Below are positions 1 through 9,905 of a DNA stretch of 64,000 nt, in pieces (position 1 is the stretch's first letter; every line of letters begins with the position of its first letter). Origin of the DNA: Elusimicrobium minutum. Lineage in GTDB: Bacteria; Elusimicrobiota; Elusimicrobia; Elusimicrobiales; UBA9959. The position numbers and the translations under genes were made by a program. The notes below the pieces were generated by a model, which ran no database searches, was not told the DNA's origin, and was given only the letters and a program-made list of their open reading frames with translations. The stretch is taken from assembly GCA_020723765.1 (NCBI GenBank), contig DYIF01000009.1, positions 6,583 through 70,582 of the forward strand. Reading direction: 5' to 3'.

Positions 1-1
1 C

Positions 2-1558
2 GATCTGGTTTTGTATAAGTTCTGGGATTTCCATATAAACTCCATGGTCATAAATTTGCTTTTAACGCCGGGCGGTATAGAAACTTTAAATCAAAGCTGG
101 AATGTAAAAGCGTTTTTTTTCGCTCTGGTCGGTTTGTTATTTGTTTTCGAAATTTTTATATACCGTTTCGCCAAAAAAGTTTCTTTGAAAAAATACGATT
201 TTAAATCTTTTTTTAAAAAAACTATTTTATTGTTGTTTGTTTTCGTTTTGGTCGATAAGTTAGGTTTTGCTTTGTTTTCTTTATACGATTTTACGGATAT
301 AATAAAAAACAGAGATCTTTTCCCTTTGTATCAACCTCTATCTATAAGAAGCTTTGCAAACAAATATTTGGGATTTAAACTTGAAAAAGTTTACGATAAC
401 ATAGATACTTCAAAAGCAAACTTCGATTATCCCAAAAAAGAAATAAAATTTAAAAATCCTAAAAATAAATATAACATAGTCGTTCTTGTGGTGGATTCAA
501 TGAGATACGATATGTTCGATAAGGATATAACTCCGTATCTTTGGGATTTTTCAAAAAAAGCGGTTGTTTTTAAGAACCATTATAGCGGAGGCAATTGCAC
601 TCGTTTCGGTATATTTTCAATCGTATACGGAATTTACGGGAATTACTGGTTTAACGCTCTTTCCAATAGAAAAGGCCCGGTTTTGATAGATGTTTTAAAA
701 AAACTGGGGTATGATATGAGAATAATAGCAAGCTCCAAGCTCACATTCCCAGAGTTTACCAAAACTTGTTTTATAAATGTCGATAGAGAAAAGATTTTAG
801 ATAACCCGCCTCAGGGCGACGGAGCAGTTAGAGATATGGATAGCGTTAAAAAGGCCGCGGATTATATTAAAAATAGGGATAAAAAAACGCCTTATTTCAT
901 GTTCGTTTTTTTCGACGCTTCTCACGGAAGTTTCGATTATAAGCCGGAGTTTGAAAAATTTAAGCCGTCTTACGGAGTAAATTTGCTAACTTTAAATAAA
1001 GAGAATATACTTCCTCTTTTTAACAAATATAAAAATTCCATACATTTTAGCGATTGGCTTATAAACGAAATAATAAGCTCAATAAAGAAAAGCGGGGATT
1101 TGGAAAATACGATAATAATAATTACGGGAGATCACGGCGAGGCTTTCCTTGAAAGGGGATACACCGGACACAACCACTCATATTCGAAAGAAGAGGTATC
1201 GGTTCCTTTAATATTTTATCATCCCGGGATGAAGCCTTCCGTTATCGATTATAATACCTCGCATTTTGATCTGGCACCTACCTTGTTAAGTATTTTGGGA
1301 GCGGAAAACGAATATTCGGATTATTCGCAGGGTTTTAATCTTTTCGAAAATAGAGAAAGGGATTATATGGCCGCTTTTAGCTGGAGCGACGCGGGCCTTA
1401 TTTTTAAAGATTATACCATGGTAGTTCCCATTTCCAGTTACGGGGGGAGGCTTAAATTTTATAGAAACGCGGACTGGAAAGAGGTCGGAAAAGATAATAG
1501 TTTAATTCCGGTTTTGGCCGAGTTTAAAAAAGAACTTACGAGATTTGTAAAAAAATGA
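2..1558 (+). CDS. YejM/LapC-like sulfatase-fold (alkaline phosphatase superfamily) inner-membrane protein, 5' partial
   Basis: The frame is open to the window edge. Hydrophobic N-terminal segments are followed by VVLVVDSMRYD, SGGNCTRFGIF, ITGDHGEAF and GHNH motifs. There is no C/SxPxR formylglycine motif. Confidence 0.75.
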   Translation, partial: DLVLYKFWDFHINSMVINLLLTPGGIETLNQSWNVKAFFFALVGLLFVFEIFIYRFAKKVSLKKYDFKSFFKKTILLLFVFVLVDKLGFALFSLYDFTDIIKNRDLFPLYQPLSIRSFANKYLGFKLEKVYDNIDTSKANFDYPKKEIKFKNPKNKYNIVVLVVDSMRYDMFDKDITPYLWDFSKKAVVFKNHYSGGNCTRFGIFSIVYGIYGNYWFNALSNRKGPVLIDVLKKLGYDMRIIASSKLTFPEFTKTCFINVDREKILDNPPQGDGAVRDMDSVKKAADYIKNRDKKTPYFMFVFFDASHGSFDYKPEFEKFKPSYGVNLLTLNKENILPLFNKYKNSIHFSDWLINEIISSIKKSGDLENTIIIITGDHGEAFLERGYTGHNHSYSKEEVSVPLIFYHPGMKPSVIDYNTSHFDLAPTLLSILGAENEYSDYSQGFNLFENRERDYMAAFSWSDAGLIFKDYTMVVPISSYGGRLKFYRNADWKEVGKDNSLIPVLAEFKKELTRFVKK

Positions 1559-2670
1559 AGATAGAAAATAAATTTAGAAATCTTTTGGCTTTTGTTTTCA
1601 ATCTAATATCTCCGATTAAAAAAATATCTTCGGAGGAGGTTTTAAACGAATGGAATTGCGGTAAAATAAAAAAAATCTTAATAATAAGACAAAACCAGGG
1701 GATAGGAGATCTTCTTCTTTTCACGCCGGTCATATCGGCTTTAAGAAAAAATAATCCGACATGCGAAATCGATTTTATGGCGAGTTCTCATAACGTAGTC
1801 GCCATAAAATCGAATCCCGATATAAACGAAATATACGTATGGAAAAAATCTTCTTTTTTTAAAAACGTAAAAATTATTTTAAATATGAGAAAGAAAAAAT
1901 ACGATTTATGTCTTGTCGTTTCAAGCCATACGCCGTCTTTTACTTCGTTTTTATACGCAAAGCTCTCCGGTTCCAAAATAACCGTCGGTTACGACAGCAT
2001 CGGTTTTTACGGAGGGGCTTTGTGGAGCAGATATATGGCCAATATCGAGCTTCCTCCTCCCGACAATAAAACTCCGGAGATTGAAAAATTCGCGGGCTTT
2101 TTGTCGCCTTTAAATATAAAATCCGATTTAGTCCCGCGGTTTTATGTTCCCGAATCTTATTTAAAAGAAATCGAAGAGCTATATAAGGCCAAATCTTTCC
2201 CGGAGGTAGGAATTTTTTTGGGCGGAAACTCGAAAAGAACCGATAGAATGTGGAGCGCCGAAAACTGGGCTGAGGTTTATAAGGAATTGGAAAATAAAAA
2301 AATTAAAACCATAGCCGTGGTTCCGCCTTCTGATATAAAAGCAGGCGGCGGAGAAAAAGAAAAAATATTTTACGAAGACGTATGCGAGATTTTGGGTAAA
2401 AAAATAGATTTTTTTTCGGACGGAGATATCTCAAAAACCGCCGGATTTTTAAAAAAATTATCGGTTTTCGTATGCCCGGACGGGGGAATCTTTCATTTGT
2501 CGGTCGCCATCGGAGTTAATACGGTAGGCATATTCGTAAAAACCGATCCAGAGAGATGGGCTCCCAAACTGGATTGGGTTTTTACTATTAAATCCTCAGA
2601 CGGAACTCCTGACGGAGTAGCGGTAGAGGATGTCGTTAAAAAAGTAGTCGCTATTTTGGAGAAAAAATAA
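1555..2670 (+). CDS. Glycosyltransferase family 9 (ADP-heptose:LPS heptosyltransferase-like)
   Basis: ILIIRQNQGIGDLLLFTPVISALRK at the N-terminus and CPDGGIFHLSVAIG near the C-terminus are typical of GT9. It has an ATGA overlap with the upstream ORF. Confidence 0.8.
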   Translation: MKIENKFRNLLAFVFNLISPIKKISSEEVLNEWNCGKIKKILIIRQNQGIGDLLLFTPVISALRKNNPTCEIDFMASSHNVVAIKSNPDINEIYVWKKSSFFKNVKIILNMRKKKYDLCLVVSSHTPSFTSFLYAKLSGSKITVGYDSIGFYGGALWSRYMANIELPPPDNKTPEIEKFAGFLSPLNIKSDLVPRFYVPESYLKEIEELYKAKSFPEVGIFLGGNSKRTDRMWSAENWAEVYKELENKKIKTIAVVPPSDIKAGGGEKEKIFYEDVCEILGKKIDFFSDGDISKTAGFLKKLSVFVCPDGGIFHLSVAIGVNTVGIFVKTDPERWAPKLDWVFTIKSSDGTPDGVAVEDVVKKVVAILEKK

Positions 2671-3803
2671 TGAAAAGCTACGATTTGCTTTCTTGCGTTT
2701 GGGAACTTACGTTAAAATGCAATTTGAAATGCGTTCATTGCGGCTCGGCAGCCGGCAAAAACAGAGAAAACGAGTTAACGGACGATGAATCTATAAAGCT
2801 ATGCGAGGATATAAAAAAAACGGGTTGCAAATCCGTGGCGTTGATGGGAGGGGAGCCTCTTTTGAGAAAAAATTTTTGGGATATATCTAAAAAAATAAAA
2901 GATTTAAAAATGGACTTATGCGTTATTACGAACGGGACTATTTACGAAGAGGATTTTTTTAAAAGATTTAAAAGTTTAAACTTGCAGGCTCTGGCCACAA
3001 GCATAGACGGCTCAAACTCCGATACTCACGACGGAATAAGAGGCGTTAAAGGAAGTTTCGATAAAACATTAAATTTTATAGATAAGGCGCTTGAATACGA
3101 TTTGCCTTTAAGCGTGATTACCACGGTCTCCAAAAGAAACATATCGGAGTTAAACGATATTAAAAATATTATAAAAGGCCGGAAGATAGCATGGCAGATC
3201 CAGATAGCAGGAGCCGAGGGAAACAGATTCGATAGAAAAGAGGTTTTAAACGAAGAGGAGTTTTACTCGGTCGGATTGTTTATAGAAACTATGAGGCGAA
3301 ATTACGGGGTGGAAGAACTTCCCGTAATCGGAGCCCACGATTTGGGTTATAACTCCTGTTTGATTAAAAATATATGGCTTTATGAAAAATGGCCGGGTTG
3401 TCAGGCGGGGATAAGCGTAGTCGGAATTAGAAGTAACGGAGACGTTCTGGGATGTCTTTCAATAAATAACGATAGTTTTATAGAGGGCAACGTAAGAAAT
3501 AAAAGTTTATACGAAATATGGAACTCGAAAAACGCTTTTTCTTATACGAGAAACTTCAAAATGGAAGAAGCCGGAGAAAATTGCAAAGAGTGCAAATTTA
3601 TAGGCGATTGTAAAGGGGGGTGCTCGGAGATGAGCTTGACTTATACCGGTAAAATTCACAACGACCCTTACTGCTTTTATAAAATAGAAAAGAAAAATTT
3701 CGGTTTTTTAAAGAGGCTTTTTTATTCTTTCGGCGCTTATCTCAATAAATCCCAAAAAGATAAAGCGATTTTAAACAAGTTGTTTTCAGGGGTAAGGAAA
3801 TGA
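2670..3803 (+). CDS. Radical SAM enzyme with C-terminal SPASM domain
   Basis: CNLKCVHCGS is a CxxxCxxC radical SAM motif, and CKECKFIGDCKGGC is a Cx2Cx5Cx3C SPASM motif. It has a TAATG overlap with GT9. Confidence 0.85.
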   Translation: MKSYDLLSCVWELTLKCNLKCVHCGSAAGKNRENELTDDESIKLCEDIKKTGCKSVALMGGEPLLRKNFWDISKKIKDLKMDLCVITNGTIYEEDFFKRFKSLNLQALATSIDGSNSDTHDGIRGVKGSFDKTLNFIDKALEYDLPLSVITTVSKRNISELNDIKNIIKGRKIAWQIQIAGAEGNRFDRKEVLNEEEFYSVGLFIETMRRNYGVEELPVIGAHDLGYNSCLIKNIWLYEKWPGCQAGISVVGIRSNGDVLGCLSINNDSFIEGNVRNKSLYEIWNSKNAFSYTRNFKMEEAGENCKECKFIGDCKGGCSEMSLTYTGKIHNDPYCFYKIEKKNFGFLKRLFYSFGAYLNKSQKDKAILNKLFSGVRK

Positions 3804-4726
3804 AGCTAAACGTAGGCTGCGGTTATAAAAAAATGCAAGGTTATTTAAACGTAGACATAAATCCCCAAACAAAACCCGATTTCGTGATGCCTGCTTACGA
3901 CTTAGATTTCCCAGACGAGCATTTTAACGAAATAACCGCAATCCAAGTCATAGAGCATTTGGGTTTTTTTAAGACAAAATATTTTTTATCGGAGTGCTCT
4001 CGAGTTTTAAAAAAAGAAAAATTTTTAATAATTGAAACTCCTCATATAGAAAAGTCGTTCGAGCTTTTTTTAAATTCCCAAAAACCCGAAGAAAGAGAAA
4101 GAATATTAGGCTGGATATACGGAAGCGAAACCGAATTTATGAACCATGTTTACTGTTTCCCCGTGGAACTTATGGAAACCCTTTTAAAAGAATTCGGATT
4201 CGAAATTTATAAAAAAGAGTTTTACGATTACGAATACTTAAGGCCCGCGGTAAGATACGTTTGCATAAACCAAAATCCGGATATTCAAAAAGCGGTTTTA
4301 AGGAAAAATATGATTAAATACGGAGCTTTAAAATCTTTTGATGAGATATATTTTTCGGAATTTGAGAAAATAATATCAGATTTAAACTTGGGCGATTTTA
4401 ACCGCTCGGATATATACAAATATGTTTTTCTCTCGCCGATAGTCGCGGTTTCGTTGGACTTATTGAAAGAAAAAGAAAACGCCGATAAGTTTGAAGTTTT
4501 AATCGAAAACAATTTTACAGGCTGGATTTTCGAAGTTATGACTAAATATTATAAAGACTTTAGAGACGAAAAAAAAGCTTTCGAAGAGGTGAAAAAAATT
4601 TTTTTTGACAACCCGGATTCTTTTATATATAATTTTATTGATAACAAGAGAAAAAGCTCTATAAAGATTCCGATTTTAAACGAATATACTTTTTTATACG
4701 AATTTAATAAAAGGGGGATAAGATGA
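3800..4726 (+). CDS. Class I SAM-dependent methyltransferase with long C-terminal helical extension
   Basis: MKLNVGCG is the glycine-rich motif I, and ITAIQVIEHL is Methyltransf_11-like. It has an ATGA overlap upstream. Confidence 0.7.
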   Translation: MKLNVGCGYKKMQGYLNVDINPQTKPDFVMPAYDLDFPDEHFNEITAIQVIEHLGFFKTKYFLSECSRVLKKEKFLIIETPHIEKSFELFLNSQKPEERERILGWIYGSETEFMNHVYCFPVELMETLLKEFGFEIYKKEFYDYEYLRPAVRYVCINQNPDIQKAVLRKNMIKYGALKSFDEIYFSEFEKIISDLNLGDFNRSDIYKYVFLSPIVAVSLDLLKEKENADKFEVLIENNFTGWIFEVMTKYYKDFRDEKKAFEEVKKIFFDNPDSFIYNFIDNKRKSSIKIPILNEYTFLYEFNKRGIR

Positions 4727-5031
4727 ATTTAAATAAAATATCCAGGATTTGTCGAATAGACGAAAAAGAAACCAAAAAAGCGTTTCGGATTTCGTTAAGC
4801 GGTTTGTTGATTTTCGTATTGTCTTTTTTCGTATCCTCCTGCAATAAAAACGGGGTCAAAGAGGAAAAAGCTTCCGAGATCAATCAGGAGTCTTATAATA
4901 TAGAAAAAACGACTTCTTCTCTAAAGCCCGCCGAAGATTTAAATATTAAAAAGAACTGCGGCCCAACCCCGGGCTATCCTTGCGGGACCAAGTATTATAC
5001 GGTTTCCGTAAAAGATTTCGGTATCTGTTAG
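4723..5031 (+). CDS. Small putative lipoprotein with Cys-containing C-terminal motif
   Basis: It has a signal-like segment ending in the lipobox VSSC. The C-terminus reads NCGPTPGYPCGTKYYTVSVKDFGIC. An ATGA overlap couples it to the methyltransferase. Confidence 0.5.
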   Translation: MNLNKISRICRIDEKETKKAFRISLSGLLIFVLSFFVSSCNKNGVKEEKASEINQESYNIEKTTSSLKPAEDLNIKKNCGPTPGYPCGTKYYTVSVKDFGIC

Positions 5032-5058
5032 GCCAAAATTAGCAATCGGATATAACTA

Positions 5059-5087
5059 TTGACAATTTTAGTTATTTGTGGTATAAT
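5059..5087 (+). promoter_or_regulatory. Sigma70-type promoter of the hrcA operon
   Basis: TTGACA (5059-5064), a 17-nt spacer and TATAAT (5082-5087), with an extended -10 TG at 5079-5080. Confidence 0.8.
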
Positions 5088-5091
5088 ATTT

Positions 5092-5118
5092 TTAGCAATC
5101 AATTAGGCAGATTGCTAA
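5092..5118 (+). promoter_or_regulatory. CIRCE operator (HrcA binding site)
   Basis: TTAGCAATC-N9-GATTGCTAA is a perfect inverted repeat. It matches the CIRCE consensus TTAGCACTC-N9-GAGTGCTAA apart from one compensated position per arm. It lies between the -10 box and the hrcA ATG. Confidence 0.9.
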
Positions 5119-5132
5119 AAAAAGGTGCGATT

Positions 5133-6233
5133 ATGAGAATATTAAAACCGGAAGTGGCTAAAGAGAGGAAAGATAAAATACTTAACTGGCTTATATATAA
5201 CTACATTTCAAACGGAAAGCCGGTCAGTTCGAAAGAAATATTCGAATCTAAGATATTTAATATATCTCCCGCAAGCATAAGGAATATTTTAAAAGAGTTA
5301 GATGAGGAGGGTTATCTGGAACAGGTTCATACTTCCGGAGGGAGAATCCCTACCGATAAGGCTTACAGGGCTTACGTGGATAACCTTTTAAATTTGCAAA
5401 ATTTGGCCGAAATGGAAAAGGAAAGAGTGGAGCTGGATTACGAAAGAAGAATAGCGGAGCTGGATTATTTTTTAAAGCATACCACAAAAATACTTTCGGA
5501 CCTTACTAAAAAGATAGGTTTTTCGATGGTTACCGACATATCCAACGAAAGCATAAAAAGGATAGATATAGTTAAGGTTTCCTCTTTTAATTATATATTC
5601 ATAATAGTCACTCAAAGCGGAATAATAAAACATTATCCTTTTACTTTTAAAGATTCCAAGATTAACGTAAAAAATATCGTTTCCGTTTTAAATAAAAGGC
5701 TAAAAAACAACAGCATTATCGAGGCTAAGGAAATGATATTGAAAGAATTTATTGCAAAAGACAGTTCGGGAATTTACAAAATCATATACGATATTTTCGT
5801 TTCGGCGGCAAGAGAGGACGACGAGTTGTTTTTGGAAGGGCTTTCGAGCATTTACGACGATATGGAGGATTTCTCTCCGGAAGAGATAAGGAGCATGGCG
5901 AGGCTTTTGGAAGAGAAAGAAAGGTTTTCCCAAATTATAAAGGAAAGATTTAATGAAAGTTTGAATAAGGCCAAATTAATCGAAAGCGAAGGCAAAACAT
6001 CGAAAAAACACATAATAAACGTAAGCGTCGGTAGCGAAAATAAGATAAAAGAATTAAACAACTTCAGCCTCATAACATCGTCTTATTGCGCGGGGGAAAA
6101 GAATTTGGGTCTTATAGGAATAATAGGACATAAAAGAATGGAGTATCCCAAAGTTATTTCGATAGTCGATTCCGTAAGCTCTATGATAGAGAGCATTTTA
6201 TCCGAGTGGGAAGAGGAGAGCGAAGATTTATGA
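5133..6233 (+). CDS. hrcA: Heat-inducible transcription repressor HrcA
   Basis: It has a winged-helix N-terminus (ISPASIRNILKELDEEGYLEQVHTSGGRIPTDKAYRAY) and sits upstream of grpE-dnaK-dnaJ. I chose the ATG at 5133 because the 5076 start in the ORF track would include the promoter and CIRCE. Confidence 0.9.
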   Translation: MRILKPEVAKERKDKILNWLIYNYISNGKPVSSKEIFESKIFNISPASIRNILKELDEEGYLEQVHTSGGRIPTDKAYRAYVDNLLNLQNLAEMEKERVELDYERRIAELDYFLKHTTKILSDLTKKIGFSMVTDISNESIKRIDIVKVSSFNYIFIIVTQSGIIKHYPFTFKDSKINVKNIVSVLNKRLKNNSIIEAKEMILKEFIAKDSSGIYKIIYDIFVSAAREDDELFLEGLSSIYDDMEDFSPEEIRSMARLLEEKERFSQIIKERFNESLNKAKLIESEGKTSKKHIINVSVGSENKIKELNNFSLITSSYCAGEKNLGLIGIIGHKRMEYPKVISIVDSVSSMIESILSEWEEESEDL

Positions 6234-6853
6234 AAAAAGAAGAACAATGCGAAAAAAAACTGGAAGAAAAAAAAGAGAAGATAGAGGAATTGAAGGAAGA
6301 GATAAAAGAATGCGATAAAGATAAAAAAGAGATAGAGAAAGAGTTGGAAGATTATAAGAAAAAATCCGAAGAATATTACGAGCAGCTTTTAAGGTTAAAA
6401 GCGGAGTTTGAAAATTACAGAAAAAGAGTGGATAAAGAAAAACACGATCTCATAGCGTGGGGAAAATATGATTTTATGAAACATCTTCTTCCGCTTTACG
6501 AGATGATGAATATGGCTAAAAATCACCTGGAAAACTCTTCTTCTTACGAGGACATAAAAGTCGGGCTTAATATGATTTTTGCCGAGTTTGACAAGCTTTT
6601 TAAAAATCAGGGTGTAAGCGAAGTGGATGCTCTTAACAAAAAATACGACCCGATGACATGCGAGATTATCGGGACCGTTGAAGGAAACGACGAAAACGAC
6701 GGAAACGTAGTCGAAGTGGTTCAGCCGGGTTATATGATAAACGGAAAACTTCTTAAGGCGGCGAGGGTAAAGGTCGCAAAGAAAAAAGAAGAAACCCAAG
6801 ATAAATCTAAGGAAAACGATAAAAAAGAAGAAAGCGAAAAAAATAATTCTTAA
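6230..6853 (+). CDS. grpE: Nucleotide exchange factor GrpE
   Basis: A K/E-rich coiled N-terminus is followed by [13 protein letters not shown] and [16 protein letters not shown], which are typical of GrpE. The ATG at 6230 overlaps the hrcA TGA. Confidence 0.9.
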   Translation: MKKEEQCEKKLEEKKEKIEELKEEIKECDKDKKEIEKELEDYKKKSEEYYEQLLRLKAEFENYRKRVDKEKHDLIAWGKYDFMKHLLPLYEMMNMAKNHLENSSSYEDIKVGLNMIFAEFDKLFKNQGVSEVDALNKKYDPMTCEIIGTVEGNDENDGNVVEVVQPGYMINGKLLKAARVKVAKKKEETQDKSKENDKKEESEKNNS

Positions 6854-6870
6854 TTTTAAAGGAGGTAATT

Positions 6871-8721
6871 ATGGCAAAGATAATAGGAATTGATTTAGGA
6901 ACTTCGAATTCGGCGGCAGCGGTTATGGAGGGGGGTAAGGTCAGCCTTATACCGGCCGCGGAAGGAACCAGCATAGGAGGTAAAGCTTTTCCGTCTTACG
7001 TGGCTTTTACAAAAGACGGCCAGCTTTTGGTAGGAGAGCCTGCCAGAAGACAGGCGGTCGCAAACCCGGAAGGAACGGTAAGCGCTTTTAAGAGAAAAAT
7101 GGGAACAACCCATAAATATAAGATATTCGAAAAAGAATTTACGCCTCAGCAGCTTTCCGCTTTTATACTTCAAAAAATAAAAAGAGACGCGGAAGCTTTT
7201 TTGGGAGATAAAGTGGAGAAAGCGGTAATAACGGTTCCCGCTTACTTTAACGATAACCAGAGGCAAGCCACAAAAGACGCCGGAATGATAGCGGGACTTG
7301 AGGTTGTAAGGCTTGTAAACGAGCCTACCGCGGCGGCTTTGGCTTACGGCCTTGATAAGTTGGGAAAGGAGCAAAAGGTTATGGTTTTCGACTTGGGCGG
7401 CGGAACTTTAGATGTGACCATAATGGAGATAGGAAAAGAAGGGACTTTCGAGGTTATAGCCACAAGCGGGGATACGCAACTCGGCGGAACGGACATGGAT
7501 AACGCCATAATAGATTGGATAACTGGAGAGTTTAAAAAACAATACGGCATAGATTTGAAAAGCGATTCGACTGCGATGCAAAGGATAAAAGAAGCCGCGG
7601 AGAAAGCAAAAATAGAACTTTCCACGGTTTTGGAAACGGATATAAACCTTCCGTTTATAACAGCCGACTCCACCGGTCCCAAACATTTATCTATGAAGCT
7701 TTCCAGAGCCAAATTGGAATCGCTTGTGGAGCCCATAGTATCGAGATGCAAAACATCCATAGATACCGCTCTTTCCGACGCAAAATTAAAGACCTCGGAT
7801 ATACATAAAATAATACTTGTCGGAGGCCCGACCAGAATGCCGATAGTTCAAAAATTCGTGGAAGATTATGTAGGCAAAAAAGTAGAGAGAGGAATAGATC
7901 CTATGGAGTGCGTGGCTCACGGAGCCGCGATACAGGCCGCGATACTTACCGGAGAGGTTAAGGATGTTTTGTTGTTAGACGTAACTCCTCTTTCTTTAGG
8001 TATAGAGACTTTAGGCGGAGTAATGACCAGGCTTATAGAAAAAAATACCACAATACCGGTAAAGAAAACCCAGATATTTTCAACAGCTACCGATAATCAG
8101 CCCGCGGTCACCGTTCATGTGTTGCAGGGAGAAAGGCCGATGGCCAAAGATAACGTTTCGTTGGGAAAATTCGACTTGGACGGTATTCCGCCGGCCCCCA
8201 GAGGAGTTCCTCAGATAGAGGTTACTTTCGATATAGACGCAAACGGGATATTAAAAGTATCGGCTAAAGATTTAGGAACCGGAAAATCTCAGCACATAAC
8301 CATATCCGCTCCTAATAAACTTAACAAAGAAGAGATAGAAAAATATATAAAAGAGGCGGAGAAGTTTGCCGAGCAGGATAAGAAGATGAAAGAGCTCATA
8401 GAAGCCAAAAACGAAGCCGATTCTTTGGTTTATTCTACCGAAAAAGCTCTTAAAGACTACGGTGATAAGATATCTAACGACGAGAGACTTAACATAGAAA
8501 GAGCCTTGAACGATCTTAAGGAAGCGGTTAAAGGAGAGGATATAGAAAAAATAAAGAGATTAAAAGACGAGCTTATAAAAGCGTCTCAGAAATTAGGAGA
8601 GGCGGTTTATAAGGCACAACAGCAATCCTCTCAAAATCAAACTTCATCTTCTCAAACATCTTCGGAACAGCCTAAAAAAGAAGACGTGGTGGACGCCGAG
8701 GTGGTAGACGATAAAAAATAA
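6871..8721 (+). CDS. dnaK: Molecular chaperone DnaK (Hsp70)
   Basis: It carries the Hsp70 signatures [21 protein letters not shown] and [10 protein letters not shown], and is preceded by a GGAGG RBS. Confidence 0.98.
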   Translation: MAKIIGIDLGTSNSAAAVMEGGKVSLIPAAEGTSIGGKAFPSYVAFTKDGQLLVGEPARRQAVANPEGTVSAFKRKMGTTHKYKIFEKEFTPQQLSAFILQKIKRDAEAFLGDKVEKAVITVPAYFNDNQRQATKDAGMIAGLEVVRLVNEPTAAALAYGLDKLGKEQKVMVFDLGGGTLDVTIMEIGKEGTFEVIATSGDTQLGGTDMDNAIIDWITGEFKKQYGIDLKSDSTAMQRIKEAAEKAKIELSTVLETDINLPFITADSTGPKHLSMKLSRAKLESLVEPIVSRCKTSIDTALSDAKLKTSDIHKIILVGGPTRMPIVQKFVEDYVGKKVERGIDPMECVAHGAAIQAAILTGEVKDVLLLDVTPLSLGIETLGGVMTRLIEKNTTIPVKKTQIFSTATDNQPAVTVHVLQGERPMAKDNVSLGKFDLDGIPPAPRGVPQIEVTFDIDANGILKVSAKDLGTGKSQHITISAPNKLNKEEIEKYIKEAEKFAEQDKKMKELIEAKNEADSLVYSTEKALKDYGDKISNDERLNIERALNDLKEAVKGEDIEKIKRLKDELIKASQKLGEAVYKAQQQSSQNQTSSSQTSSEQPKKEDVVDAEVVDDKK

Positions 8722-8732
8722 AATCTGATTTT

Positions 8733-8759
8733 AACCCCGCCCGATGAAAGGGCGGGGTT
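8733..8759 (+). terminator. GC-rich hairpin between dnaK and dnaJ (attenuator/processing element; no U-tract)
   Basis: AACCCCGCCC-GATGAAA-GGGCGGGGTT forms a 10-bp perfect stem, followed by AAATAAC rather than a T run. Confidence 0.4.
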
Positions 8760-8780
8760 AAATAACGGAGAAAATCATAT

Positions 8781-9905
8781 ATGGCCGAAAAAGATTATTA
8801 CAGGACTTTGGGCGTTTCAAGAAACGCGACCGAAGAAGAAATAAAGTCCGCTTTTAGAAAATTGGCGCTAAAATATCATCCCGATAGAAACCCGGACAAC
8901 AAAGAGGCGGAGTCCAAATTTAAAGAGATAAACGAGGCTTACGAGGTTCTTTCCAATCCGGAAAAAAGAAGAATATACGACTCCTACGGAGAGGAGGGAT
9001 TAAAAGGAGGATTCGGTCAGGGGGGATTTTCCGGGGGATTTGAAGGTTTTTCTGGAGATTTCGGCGATATATTCGGCGATGTTTTCGAAAGCTTTTTCGG
9101 CGATGCTTCTTCAAAATCGAGAAGAAGATCGAGAAGGGGCGAGGATTTGAAATTTTCGATAGAAATAACATTGGAAGAGGCTTTTTCCGGAATTAAGAAA
9201 GATTTTGAGTATGAAAGAATGGACATATGCGACAAATGCGGCGGAACCGGGGCCAGAAGCTCATCTTCCGTTAAAAAGTGTCCGACTTGCGGAGGAAGAG
9301 GAAGAGTTCAGTATTCTCAAGGTTTTTTCGCTTTTACCCAAACCTGTCCCAAATGCAGAGGAGAGGGAAAGGTGATAACCGATCCGTGTTCGGCATGTTC
9401 GGGAGCGGGGGTTGTAAACAAAAAAAATAAAATAACGGTAAAGATACCTCACGGGGTCGACGATGGAAACATATTGAGAGTAAGCGGAATGGGGGATATA
9501 AATAGAGACGGCGATGCGGGAGACCTTTATCTTGAAATAAAAATAAAACATCATAATCATTTTGAAAGAAATAATTCCGACCTGTTATACTCCGTAAATA
9601 TAGACATAGCCGACGCGGTTTTGGGAACCGAGGCGGAGGTCCCATTGATAGAAGGAGGAAAGACCAGGATAAAAATACCGGCCGGAACTCAACACGGAAA
9701 GATAATGAGAATAAGCGAAAAAGGGATGAGCATAGCCAACTCCAAAAAAAGAGGGGACATGCTGGTTACGGTAAAAGTCAATATACCCACTCATCTTACC
9801 GAGGAACAAAAAGAGCTTTTCATAAAACTTAAGGAAAGTTTTAAAAAAGAAGAAGAAAAAAAACAAAAAGACGACGGCGGCTTTTTTAAGAAGATATTCA
9901 ATTGA
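8781..9905 (+). CDS. dnaJ: Co-chaperone DnaJ
   Basis: It has a J domain with HPD (KYHPDRNP), a G/F-rich region and four CxxCxGxG zinc-finger repeats. Confidence 0.97.
   Translation: MAEKDYYRTLGVSRNATEEEIKSAFRKLALKYHPDRNPDNKEAESKFKEINEAYEVLSNPEKRRIYDSYGEEGLKGGFGQGGFSGGFEGFSGDFGDIFGDVFESFFGDASSKSRRRSRRGEDLKFSIEITLEEAFSGIKKDFEYERMDICDKCGGTGARSSSSVKKCPTCGGRGRVQYSQGFFAFTQTCPKCRGEGKVITDPCSACSGAGVVNKKNKITVKIPHGVDDGNILRVSGMGDINRDGDAGDLYLEIKIKHHNHFERNNSDLLYSVNIDIADAVLGTEAEVPLIEGGKTRIKIPAGTQHGKIMRISEKGMSIANSKKRGDMLVTVKVNIPTHLTEEQKELFIKLKESFKKEEEKKQKDDGGFFKKIFN

Noticed and set aside
2670-3803. Radical SAM/SPASM enzyme as an anaerobic sulfatase-maturating enzyme for the sulfatase-fold ORF at 2-1558
   Set aside because: The sulfatase-fold protein is YejM/LTA-synthase-like (SGGNCTRFG) and lacks the C/SxPxR formylglycine target motif, so it is not an anSME substrate.
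5076-5132. ORF-track N-terminal extension of hrcA, with similar extensions at 6206, 10588, 23807, 32177, 35530, 52952, 57978 and 60887
   Set aside because: The hrcA extension would translate through the -10 box and CIRCE. In each of the other cases an internal ATG gives a native-looking N-terminus (a signal peptide or a Rossmann motif). That ATG either has an SD-like sequence or forms an ATGA overlap with the upstream stop.
6395-6799. 134-aa antisense ORF inside grpE
   Set aside because: The K/E-rich sense coding (AAR/GAR codons) produces a stop-poor F/L-rich antisense frame. There are no supporting signals.
6895-7760. Long antisense ORFs (159, 138 and 92 aa) inside dnaK
   Set aside because: The sense strand is unmistakably Hsp70. 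Long open antisense frames in hsp70 genes are a known codon-bias artefact. I saw no RBS or promoter, and the translations are low-complexity.
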